A DNA stretch of 64,000 bases from Candidatus Altarchaeum sp. (GTDB lineage: Archaea > Altiarchaeota > Altiarchaeia > Altiarchaeales > Altiarchaeaceae). Of this stretch, positions 38,939 to 47,476 are shown piece after piece. Below the pieces are notes generated by a model. The model saw nothing but the letters and a program-made list of their open reading frames with translations, was not told the DNA's origin and did not search any database. Every line of letters begins with the position of its first letter. The first letter of the stretch is position 1. The stretch is from positions 13,791 through 77,790 of the forward strand of contig JAGWDQ010000044.1 of NCBI GenBank assembly GCA_018260615.1. Reading direction: 5' to 3'. A program made the translations under genes and the position numbers.

Positions 38939-39589
38939 ATGGGTATTAAAAGATTTGATAAAAAATATTCCACACCCAGGCACTTATGGCGTGGTGAAAG
39001 AATTAGCAGCGAAACAGAAGTTATGAACAGATACGGACTCAAAAACCATAAGGAAATTTGGAAGGTGCTCTTTAAATTAAGCAGATGGAGGGAGTTGGCA
39101 AGACATCTTATTATAAATAAGGATTTAAAAGGAACCGATGAACTTTTAAATCCGATTATGAACATAAGTTGTCTGAAAGAGAAAAAATTAGAAAGTGTTT
39201 TTGAAATATCTCCGAATGATATGCTTGAAAGAAGATTGCAAACTGTTGTTTTTAGAAAGGGCCTGGCACAAACAATAAAACAGGCAAGACATTTTATAAC
39301 TCATAAACACATACTTATAGACGATAAAGTAGTAAATGTCCCCGGATATATTGTACATAATGATGATGAAGGCAAAATAACATGTGACCTGATTGTAGAT
39401 ACAAAGACAGATAAAAAAGTAAAAGAAACATCTGCAAATGAGAAAGCATATCCTGCACCATTATACAGGAAAAGACCCGAAAGAAGGGGCCCAAACAGAA
39501 AACATATTAAAAAGGTAGATTTCAGAAAACAATTTAATAATTCCGGCAAAAAACAGAAAAATGCAGATGCGGACACAAAGAAGAAATAA
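38939..39589 (+). CDS. rps4: 30S ribosomal protein S4 (uS4)
   Basis: 'KKYSTPRHLW', S4 domain 'RRLQTVVFRKGLAQTIKQARHFITHKHILIDDKVVNVPGYIV'. Confidence 0.85.
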   Translation: MGIKRFDKKYSTPRHLWRGERISSETEVMNRYGLKNHKEIWKVLFKLSRWRELARHLIINKDLKGTDELLNPIMNISCLKEKKLESVFEISPNDMLERRLQTVVFRKGLAQTIKQARHFITHKHILIDDKVVNVPGYIVHNDDEGKITCDLIVDTKTDKKVKETSANEKAYPAPLYRKRPERRGPNRKHIKKVDFRKQFNNSGKKQKNADADTKKK

Positions 39590-39653
39590 AAAACATAAAC
39601 AAATAAATATAAATCAATAAACTATAAACTATAAATAACAATCATACCTTAAA

Positions 39654-40265
39654 ATGTCAGAAAATATTAATAAGGATAAGGAAGTTAATGTTAAGACAGA
39701 AAATCCTGCGAATAGTTTATCAACAGAACAGACTGCAAAAGAACAAATTACCGATGAAAATAAACAAAAGACAGAAAATGCATCGGCATCTGTTCAAACC
39801 ACAACAGACGAAGCAAAAACAAAAGTAACCGAAGAAGTAAAACCAAGTGAAAAAAAGATAGAAATGATAGGTGGGGTAGAAAAGAAAGGTCTTTGGGGGG
39901 TTTTACATATTTATTCATCACCGAATAATGCAATTTATCAGGTTACTGATTTAAGTAATTCGGAAACAATTGTCACAAAATACGGAAAACAGATGGTTAC
40001 CGCAGATAAGGATAAACCGACACCTTATGCGGCAATGAAGGCAATGGGAAAAATTGTTGAGGTATTAAGAGAAAAAGGTATTGCAGGTGTTGATGTTGTA
40101 GTCAGGGGTCCGGGCGGACATACGGGTCCATGGTTTCCGGGTAAGGCGGCACAGGCAGCTATAAAACAACTTGTGCGGCTAAATTTTCCAATCGGTAAAA
40201 TTTCAGATAATACACCAATTGCTCACGGAGGATGTACTCCGAAGAAGACAAAGAGGAAAAAATAA
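39654..40265 (+). CDS. rps11: 30S ribosomal protein S11 (uS11) with ~70-aa low-complexity N-terminal extension
   Basis: 'GVLHIYSSPNNAIYQVTD', 'VVVRGPGGHTGPWFPGKAAQAAIKQL'. Confidence 0.85.
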   Translation: MSENINKDKEVNVKTENPANSLSTEQTAKEQITDENKQKTENASASVQTTTDEAKTKVTEEVKPSEKKIEMIGGVEKKGLWGVLHIYSSPNNAIYQVTDLSNSETIVTKYGKQMVTADKDKPTPYAAMKAMGKIVEVLREKGIAGVDVVVRGPGGHTGPWFPGKAAQAAIKQLVRLNFPIGKISDNTPIAHGGCTPKKTKRKK

Positions 40266-40292
40266 ATAGTAGTAAAATACAGATATGATAAA

Positions 40293-40429
40293 ATGGAAAT
40301 ATCCAATTTCAAAAAGAACGGAAATATTGTAACATTCACCGTAAAGGGTATGGAAATTAACTTTTCTTTTCTTTAAAAAAGAAAAGAAAACACTACGAAA
40401 AGAAAAAAAATTTAAAATAAAAATTTAAT
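40293..40429. repeat. 59-bp diverged duplicate of rpoD start (40293-40351) + hairpin mini-element 'ACTTTTCTTTTCTTTAAAAAAGAAAAGAAAACACTACGAAAAGAAAAAAAATTT' (40352-40429)
   Basis: 'atggaaatatccaatttcaaaaagaacggaaatattgtaacattcaccgtaaagggtat' vs gene start 40430 'atggacatatcaaacttcaaaaagaacggaaatattgtaacattcaccgtaaagggtat'. Confidence 0.75.
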
Positions 40430-41011
40430 ATGGACATATCAAACTTCAAAAAGAACGGAAATATTGTAACATTCACCGTAAAGGGTATAAACACAGCAAT
40501 GGCAAATGCTATTCGCAGAGCAATAATTACAAATGTTCCGATAGCTGCAATAGAAAAGGTAACAATTGATAAGAATTCATCTGCGCTGGCTGATGAGATA
40601 CTTGCTCACAGATTGGGATTAATACCTTTCAAAACGGATATAAAAAATTTTATAGATACAAATGTTTCATTAGATGTTATAAATGATTCGGACAAATTAA
40701 AAACCATCTATACAAGGGATTTGAAATCGAGCAATCCGGATATTATTCCTGTTTATGACAACATGCCAATAGTAAAACTCTCAAAGGGACAACAAATAAA
40801 ACTTGAAGCGACAGTAGAGCTGGGGAAAGGCAGGGAGCATGTAAAATGGCAGGGCGGTCTGGCAAGTTACGAAATTAACGAAGAAAATAAATTTAACTTT
40901 TTTGTGGAATCATTCATGCAATTAGATGCCGATGAATTAATCAGTGCGGCATGTGACGAATTAATTAAAGAAAACGAACAATTCAGGAACTTTGTTTCAA
41001 CAATAAAATAA
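40430..41011 (+). CDS. rpoD: DNA-directed RNA polymerase subunit D (Rpo3)
   Basis: 'AMANAIRRAIITNVPIAAIEKVTIDKNSSALADEILAHRLGLIPF'; conserved position after S11. Confidence 0.8.
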   Translation: MDISNFKKNGNIVTFTVKGINTAMANAIRRAIITNVPIAAIEKVTIDKNSSALADEILAHRLGLIPFKTDIKNFIDTNVSLDVINDSDKLKTIYTRDLKSSNPDIIPVYDNMPIVKLSKGQQIKLEATVELGKGREHVKWQGGLASYEINEENKFNFFVESFMQLDADELISAACDELIKENEQFRNFVSTIK

Positions 41012-41056
41012 TAAAATAAATTTAACCGCAAAATTTAATAATTAATAAATTAAAAA

Positions 41057-41422
41057 ATGGCAAGAATATTTAAAAATCCAAATCCGTTAAGGGTCAAACT
41101 TGTAGATGATTTAAAAAATTTTAATACGGATAAGAATTACGGAATTTGGAATAAAGTGATTAAGGAATTGTCAAGGTCAAGGAAAAACAGGAGAAATGTA
41201 AATTTATGGAAAATAAATAAAAATACAAATGAAGGGGATGTTATTGTCGTGCCGGGAAAAGTGCTTGGGCATGGAGAAATCGGACATAAAGTTACAATTG
41301 CAGCGTTTGAATTTTCAGAAGGTGTAAAGCAAAAAGTAACAAACAATAATGTGCGACTAATGTCAATTTATGAATTGTTTAATGAAAATCCAAAAGGAAG
41401 TAATATTAAAATAATCGGTTAA
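41057..41422 (+). CDS. rpl18e: 50S ribosomal protein L18e
   Basis: N-terminal 'MARIFKNPNPLRVKLVDDLKNF', 121 aa, conserved gene order. Confidence 0.75.
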   Translation: MARIFKNPNPLRVKLVDDLKNFNTDKNYGIWNKVIKELSRSRKNRRNVNLWKINKNTNEGDVIVVPGKVLGHGEIGHKVTIAAFEFSEGVKQKVTNNNVRLMSIYELFNENPKGSNIKIIG

Positions 41423-41445
41423 AAATGATTGTAAATGCTGAAGGG

Positions 41446-41543
41446 CAAAGGTTGAACTTTTCTTTTTTAGAAAAAAAGAAAACATTCAGAAAAGAAAAAA
41501 CACAAAAATAAATTTATAAAATTTATATATTAATATGATTTGT
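41446..41543. repeat. Hairpin mini-element 'AACTTTTCTTTTTTAGAAAAAAAGAAAACATTCAGAAAAGAAAAAACAC...' flanked by 25-bp direct duplication of rplM start
   Basis: 'taaaaatgattgtaaatgctgaagg' at 41421-41445 and 41544-41568. Confidence 0.75.
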
Positions 41544-41548
41544 TAAAA

Positions 41549-42031
41549 ATGATTGTAAATGCTGAAGGACAGGTTCTCGGAAGAATGGCATCTTTTGTGG
41601 CAAAAAGGGTCTTGAGGGGAGATCAGGTAATAGTAGTTAATGCTGAAAAGGCATTGATTTCAGGAACAAAAACAGGAATCCAGACAGAAGCAGACAGAAG
41701 ATTAGGTATAAGAAACTGGGGAAACCCAAAAAAAGGCCCTTATATGATGAAACGGCCTGATAATTTTGTGAGAAGGGCCATAAGAGGAATGTTGCCATAT
41801 AACAAAAACAGATACGGAGCGAGAGGTAGAGAAGCGTTCAAAGATGTAATTGTATTTATGGGCGTTCCGAAAAAAGAGATAGAAAAATACGACAAAACTT
41901 TCAGGCCCGCAAATATTAATGAAATTTCCGATAAAAACATACAAAAAAAACCACTGAGAAAATACGTGTATGTATCTGAATTTTGTAAAATTTTGGGCAA
42001 TAAAACAACAATAAAACAAAATACTATTTAA
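41549..42031 (+). CDS. rpl13: 50S ribosomal protein L13 (uL13)
   Basis: 'MIVNAEGQVLGRMASFVAKRVLRGDQVIVVNAEKALISG'; start at ATG within duplicated target. Confidence 0.85.
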   Translation: MIVNAEGQVLGRMASFVAKRVLRGDQVIVVNAEKALISGTKTGIQTEADRRLGIRNWGNPKKGPYMMKRPDNFVRRAIRGMLPYNKNRYGARGREAFKDVIVFMGVPKKEIEKYDKTFRPANINEISDKNIQKKPLRKYVYVSEFCKILGNKTTIKQNTI

Positions 42032-42077
42032 AATAAAAAATAAATAAGAATTAGATAAAAATATAAGAATTTAAAAA

Positions 42078-42482
42078 ATGGTTGTAATATCCGCAAAAAG
42101 AAAAGAATGTATTGCAAGGGCGCATGCAGAAGAAGGAACAGGTAAAATAAAAATAAATTCATCGTCATTAGATGTTTATCAGCCGCAATTGTTAAGGGAA
42201 TATATAAAAGAGCCGATTTTACTTGCCGATGATTTGGTTGACATGAACAAAATCAATATATCTATTAATGTTCATGGAGGAGGCGTTTCAGGAAGGAGTG
42301 ATGCAATACGTTCGGCAATTGCAAGGGCACTGATTGATTATACCAAAAACGAAGTCCTGTTGAAAAGATATATGGAATATGACAGGCGGTTGATTGTAAA
42401 TGATGTCCGGCAGACAGAGCCGCATAAACCGGGTCAAAGTAACAAAGGTCCAAGACACCAGAGACAAAAATCATACAGATAA
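42078..42482 (+). CDS. rps9: 30S ribosomal protein S9 (uS9)
   Basis: 'GGGVSGRSDAIRSAIARAL', C-terminal 'RQKSYR'. Confidence 0.85.
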   Translation: MVVISAKRKECIARAHAEEGTGKIKINSSSLDVYQPQLLREYIKEPILLADDLVDMNKINISINVHGGGVSGRSDAIRSAIARALIDYTKNEVLLKRYMEYDRRLIVNDVRQTEPHKPGQSNKGPRHQRQKSYR

Positions 42483-42529
42483 AAACAATAGTTAAATTTT
42501 CAGAATTAAATTTTAAATTTTCATAAAAG

Positions 42530-42997
42530 ATGGCACATATGCATTCAAAGAGAAAGGGAAAGTCGTCCTCAAAAAAAGTAGTTAAATTCGGAATGTCTCC
42601 ATGGATACTGATGGACAGCGAAAATTATGATGAGAAAAAAATAACGGATGTAATTGTCGGACTGAAAAAATCCGGAGAACTTCAAAGTAAAATAGGACAT
42701 AAATTAAGAGATATTTACGGGATTCCTTCGTCAAAAGAATTTTTCGGAAAGAAGTTAGGAAAGGTCTTAAAGGAAAACAATGTTCGTCCCGAGATTCCGG
42801 AAGACATATATAACTTAATGAGAAAAGCGGTAATGTTAAGAAAGCATTTGGGAATTCATAAAAAAGATATTCATAACAAAAGAAGTTTGTTATTGGTAGA
42901 GTCAAAAGTCAAACGGCTTGCCAAATACTATATAGGAGAAAAGGTTTTACCATCAAACTGGAAATACGAGCCGGAAAAGATGATATATGAGGTCTGA
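42530..42997 (+). CDS. rps15: 30S ribosomal protein S15 (uS15/S13e)
   Basis: 'MAHMHSKRKGKSSS', 'IPEDIYNLMRKAVMLRKHL', 'LLLVESKVKRLAKYY'. Confidence 0.8.
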   Translation: MAHMHSKRKGKSSSKKVVKFGMSPWILMDSENYDEKKITDVIVGLKKSGELQSKIGHKLRDIYGIPSSKEFFGKKLGKVLKENNVRPEIPEDIYNLMRKAVMLRKHLGIHKKDIHNKRSLLLVESKVKRLAKYYIGEKVLPSNWKYEPEKMIYEV

Positions 42998-43308
42998 TGC
43001 GGAAGAATAATTTTTTCACACCGCTTCGTATGTTTTATTTTTTAAATTTATTTTTGAACATAAGAAATATGCATTACGTTGAAATTTATTCGGAGATTGA
43101 AGATACAAGAAAAGGTGATGTTTTAAGCAGAGTCGTAAATTTTGATAATGTTCATTTGGACCGTTTGGATATTTTTACATTTTATGATGCAACGGATAAA
43201 TGTATGCTGATTACCAAAATAAAATGTGCTCATTTAAAGACATTAAATAATACAATTCATGATTTGCTTAAAACACAAAATTTAGCCGAAAAAATTTTGG
43301 AAATTTAA
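42997..43308 (+). CDS. Hypothetical small protein (true start possibly internal Met 'MHYVEIY')
   Basis: ORF only; no recognisable motif. Confidence 0.3.
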   Translation: MRKNNFFTPLRMFYFLNLFLNIRNMHYVEIYSEIEDTRKGDVLSRVVNFDNVHLDRLDIFTFYDATDKCMLITKIKCAHLKTLNNTIHDLLKTQNLAEKILEI

Positions 43309-43321
43309 TTTTTGCTGGTAT

Positions 43322-44212
43322 TTACTTTTTAATTAAATTTTCCGCCAATTCACCTGCAATCAATTCGCTTAAATCAATCTTTGCTACTTTATTCGGAATT
43401 GAATTTGTCGCAACGAGTTCGTCGGCAAGTGTTTTTAATATTAAAAAATTTTCATTATCGCAGAATACGCCGTGAACACACGCTAAATTTATACTTGCCG
43501 GATTTTGTTTTTTTATGATCTTCAACGCTTCAATCATAGTTCCACCGCTTGAAATTATATCATCTGCTATCAGAACATCCTTTCCTTCAACACCTAAATT
43601 TTTATCCTCTATTACTATTTTTCCAGTTACCCTGTCTCTTTTTTTGACAAGATAATTGCTTTCGCATTTTAAAATCTTCCCACATTCTTTAGCTGTATCC
43701 AACGCTCCTTCATCCGGCGATATGACCTTTGGATTTTTTAAATTTTTAAAATATTTCGCAATTTCAGAAAACGCATCCATGTTGTAAATTTCAATCCCTT
43801 CGTATTTAAACTTTCTACTTTTCCTGAACTGCTGGTTGTGGGAATTTATGAGAAAAATTTTATCAGCATAACTGTTCAAATTTTTTAATATTACTTCCGC
43901 ACTTAATGCCTCGCCTTTGAGAAAAATTTTATCCTGCCGCATATATGTCAAATAAGGAATTACCAGATTTATACTTTTTGCTTTGCTCCTTTTTATAGCA
44001 TCCAATATCAAAATTGCCTTTAGAAATTCATCACTATTGTAAATACTTTGGACAACAACGCAATCCTCGTTTTCAATATTGCTGATTACTCTCGCATAGA
44101 ACTCGCCGTCTGGAAATTTCTTTAATAAAATTTCTCCATCCATAACATCTAAATTTGCATTTTTTTCCCTTAATTTTTTCCCAACATTAAATCCGAATTC
44201 AAAGATATACAT
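43322..44212 (-). CDS. prs: Ribose-phosphate pyrophosphokinase
   Basis: PRPP-binding 'VLIADDIISSGGTMIEA', 'PDEGALDTAKE'; 296 aa. Confidence 0.8.
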   Translation of the reverse strand: MYIFEFGFNVGKKLREKNANLDVMDGEILLKKFPDGEFYARVISNIENEDCVVVQSIYNSDEFLKAILILDAIKRSKAKSINLVIPYLTYMRQDKIFLKGEALSAEVILKNLNSYADKIFLINSHNQQFRKSRKFKYEGIEIYNMDAFSEIAKYFKNLKNPKVISPDEGALDTAKECGKILKCESNYLVKKRDRVTGKIVIEDKNLGVEGKDVLIADDIISSGGTMIEALKIIKKQNPASINLACVHGVFCDNENFLILKTLADELVATNSIPNKVAKIDLSELIAGELAENLIKK

Positions 44213-44221
44213 TTTAAAATT

Positions 44222-44470
44222 TTGTTTCCATACTACATCACCTCACTTACGCTCACTTCGTTCCACTCACTTCGTTCGTGTCTTTTCAAAACCTCACCTC
44301 ACTTCGTTCGGAGATTTTCAAAACTCTGCGTTTTGAAAACTGCGGTTTTGAAAATCGTGTATTTTCGGGACAAGCCCGAAAATCGTTCGGAGATTCTCAA
44401 ACAAGTTTGAAAATCACCTCGTTTTACTCGGAGATTTTCAAAATCTGCGATTTTGAAAATAGTGCAATTT
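44222..44470. repeat. Intergenic repeat element, TTTTGAAAATC-hairpin family (multiple 'cggagattttcaaaa' / 'ttttgaaaatc' hairpins)
   Basis: 'cactcacttcgttcgtgtcttttcaaaacct' identical to 6762-6792; palindromic 'gattttcaaaa...ttttgaaaatc' units. Confidence 0.7.
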
Positions 44471-44583
44471 AAACAAAAGATATATATAATTAAGTTTTAA
44501 AATAAATTAATAAAAGAATAACAAAGCGAAACCACTCTAAATTAAAAATTAATTAAAAATTTTAATTAAAATTATAAAAAAAT

Positions 44584-45168
44584 ATGTTCCTCACCCATTC
44601 CCTTATAAAGCCAGACACCGTTGAACTGCGAAAGTATCAGGAAGCGATAATCGCAACATCGGCAAATAAAAATACAATAGTTGTACTTCCGACGGGACTT
44701 GGAAAAACGCTGATTGCCGTAATTGTTGCCGCACATCGGCTGGATAAATTTAATGGCTCAAAGGTTCTGTTTTTAGCACCTACCAAGCCGCTTGCAGTAC
44801 AGCATGCAGAGACATTCAGACAAATTTTAAATTTAAAGGACGATGAAATTTGTGTATTCACATCGGCAACACCGACAAATAAGCGAAACGACTTATGGGA
44901 GAAATCACGGGTTATTCTGGCAACGCCTCAAACGATAGACAACGAAATAATGAAAAATTTAGATTTGAGCAATGTTTCTTTTCTGGTTTTTGATGAAGCA
45001 CACAGAGCAGTCGGAAATTATGCTTACGGGTTCATTGCAGGCGAATATATGAAAAAAGCAAAGCATCCGCTGATTATGGGATTGAGTGCTTCTCCGTCAT
45101 CTGATATTGAGAAAATTTCGGAAATTTCAAAAAATTTGTTCATACAGTCGGTTGAAATAAGCACTTAA
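44584..45168 (+). pseudogene. Truncated duplicate of the N-terminal ~190 codons of hef (47477-49765)
   Basis: DNA nearly identical to 47477-48053 from start codon onward (identical antisense ORFs 44637-44861 and 47530-47754); diverges at 45160 and terminates. Confidence 0.85.
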
Positions 45169-45327
45169 ACATAATTTTAAACAGCGAAAAATTTGATTTA
45201 ACCTTATCAAGAAAATTTTTAAACAAAATCAAATTTTTAACGTTCAAAAATTTATTTAATTTAAATACTTCTAATCTAAATTAATTTACAACAATTTACA
45301 ACATGTCCAATGTTTAATTTATTTAAA

Positions 45328-45843
45328 ATGAAAAACACAAATAAAATTTTATTAGGGGTTGGAATAAGTTGTATTTTTGTTATACTAATGGCTTTTGTAA
45401 TGGCTACTGATAATGGAATTGAGAAAGCGTTAAACAAAACAACAAACTAGAGTAGTAAATATGATTCAATTGCTGTCCAGGCAAATAATTCAATTCTTAA
45501 CGAAGTAAAAAACAAAACCTTGTTTGATAAACCCTTAAATAACTCATACTTGCCCAAAATCGGAAAAAAGGGGATAAATTTTTTAGTTATAGGAGACAAA
45601 GTAGTATATTATGATGTGAAAGGTGGAACTTCTAAAAAATACACATTAAATGAAAGTGAATGGAAAGATTTAATAAATATCAAAAAAAGAATGAATAATT
45701 CAATTGATGTGTTGGTAATTAATGATTTTGTTATTAAAAAAAATCATGGACTTATTGAAAATAACATAACTTATGTGGAAATAGATAAAAATAAAATATA
45801 TAAGAAGGTAACTGCTAATATAAGCGCAAAAATTGAAAAATAA
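45328..45843 (+). pseudogene. Putative secreted protein gene interrupted by in-frame TAG at 45448-45450 (signal-anchor N-terminus 45328-45447 continues in frame into ORF 45520-45843)
   Basis: ATG 45328 'MKNTNKILLGVGISCIFVILMAFVMATDNGIEKALNKTTN*SSKYDS...'; same frame as ORF-track 45520 (which uses TTG start). Confidence 0.4.
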
Positions 45844-45857
45844 CCTAAAACTCAAAA

Positions 45858-46340
45858 ATGTCAAGAAAAATAAAAATTTTTGATTTCAAAAAAGCGTGGA
45901 ATGATAGAATAGAAAGGAAAAATATAATTATGTTTATTTTGGCGGTAGCGTTAGGATTAGTTTTAATATCATTAGCCATAACATCCAAATGTATGTCGCT
46001 ATTATTCTCATTTGGATATTTAGGAGATCTTGGCAAAAATTGTGATGTTCGTATACCTATTGATTTTGTTATCCTTGTGTTATTAGTACTAATCTATGAA
46101 TTTATATTTACAGAACATACAAGAATTATCGGAGTATGGTTTGCAAATTTACAAGAGAGGTGGGGAGGAAATATGATTGTATTTAGTTATTTTGCGAGTG
46201 TTGGTTTTTTTGGAGGTATCTTGCAATACTTGATGCCCCATTCTACGATACCTGTGTTGGTATTTGGTGCGCTCTTTATGATCGCTTTCATTTATTCCCT
46301 TATTCCAATTTCATGGCTCAAAAAAATTAAAAAAATATAA
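45858..46340 (+). CDS. Small polytopic membrane protein (4 TM)
   Basis: Hydrophobic helices; 160 aa; inside hef-associated insertion. Confidence 0.45.
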   Translation: MSRKIKIFDFKKAWNDRIERKNIIMFILAVALGLVLISLAITSKCMSLLFSFGYLGDLGKNCDVRIPIDFVILVLLVLIYEFIFTEHTRIIGVWFANLQERWGGNMIVFSYFASVGFFGGILQYLMPHSTIPVLVFGALFMIAFIYSLIPISWLKKIKKI

Positions 46341-46519
46341 AACAGCAAAAATGGAGATTAAAATATTTTCACTGTCTGAAAATAGCAATAAAGAAATAAA
46401 AAACAAAACAATAGACATGTTGCGAAATAATTTTCAATTTATTGCTACAATATATTCATAATAATTTCAATAAACCATATAAACTATTTCACAACAACTC
46501 TATTATTTTACAGTAAAAA

Positions 46520-47242
46520 ATGAATAAAAAACAAACAAAAATTTTATTGCTCCTCATAACAATCATTATTGGAGTAGTAATAATAAGTGGATGCGTAAAC
46601 AATGAAGAAAATAAAATCGGCGAAGAAGGAATGAATGAAACAAACGACTATTATCCATTAGAAGTGGGAAATCAATGGGTGTTTGCGGTGAAAAAGGAAA
46701 CTGAAGGGGAAAATCCTCAAAATAGTATAACAACAGTACAAATCACTAAAAAAGAAATGATAAACAATATAGAAACTTTTGTTATAGAATATGAGACGGA
46801 CAATAACACATCCCAAATAGAATATGTTAATAAAGAATATGGAAAAATTTTATGCTGTAGGCGAATATCTCAAGGAAAGGAACAAAATTATTATCCTCTA
46901 CAATTATGGGCTGATTTTTCATCACTTAAAAAGGGAAAGAAATGGAAATGGGCTGACAATACAATAAATGTAGAGTTAGAAGGAGAAATACTTGGAAAAG
47001 ACGTAATAACCGTTCCTGCAGGAACATTTGAGACATATATAGTAAAAATCACAACAAGTCCGAAAGATAATGTTAGAGGAATTGCAAACGTAAAGTGGAT
47101 GGGGTGGTTCGCCAAAAATATTGGAGTTGTAAAAGAAGATGCACATATTTATGCTAATGTTTCCATTAATAATAATAAGCGACTAATAGTTAACACTCAT
47201 ATAATAGCGGAACTAAAAAGTTATAACATTTCAAAAAAATAA
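46520..47242 (+). CDS. Secreted/lipoprotein-like protein (signal peptide + 'SGCVNN')
   Basis: N-terminal 'MNKKQTKILLLLITIIIGVVIISGC' signal with Cys; 240 aa. Confidence 0.45.
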   Translation: MNKKQTKILLLLITIIIGVVIISGCVNNEENKIGEEGMNETNDYYPLEVGNQWVFAVKKETEGENPQNSITTVQITKKEMINNIETFVIEYETDNNTSQIEYVNKEYGKILCCRRISQGKEQNYYPLQLWADFSSLKKGKKWKWADNTINVELEGEILGKDVITVPAGTFETYIVKITTSPKDNVRGIANVKWMGWFAKNIGVVKEDAHIYANVSINNNKRLIVNTHIIAELKSYNISKK

Positions 47243-47476
47243 AATGAAAAATAATGTTTTGTTTATATTTTCTTTTTGTGCCTATTTTCCTGATTTTTGT
47301 ATGAGATTGGGTAAGATGATTTTTTAAATTTTTATACCTTCTCAAATAATATTTTTCACTGAAAAGTAAAGCCAAATAAGTCAATTTACCATGTTTTATT
47401 GAGTGGATATGAATTTTTTAAACAAAAAACTAATTCTTAAAATATTTTAACATACTGTTGTTCATTACTTATTATT

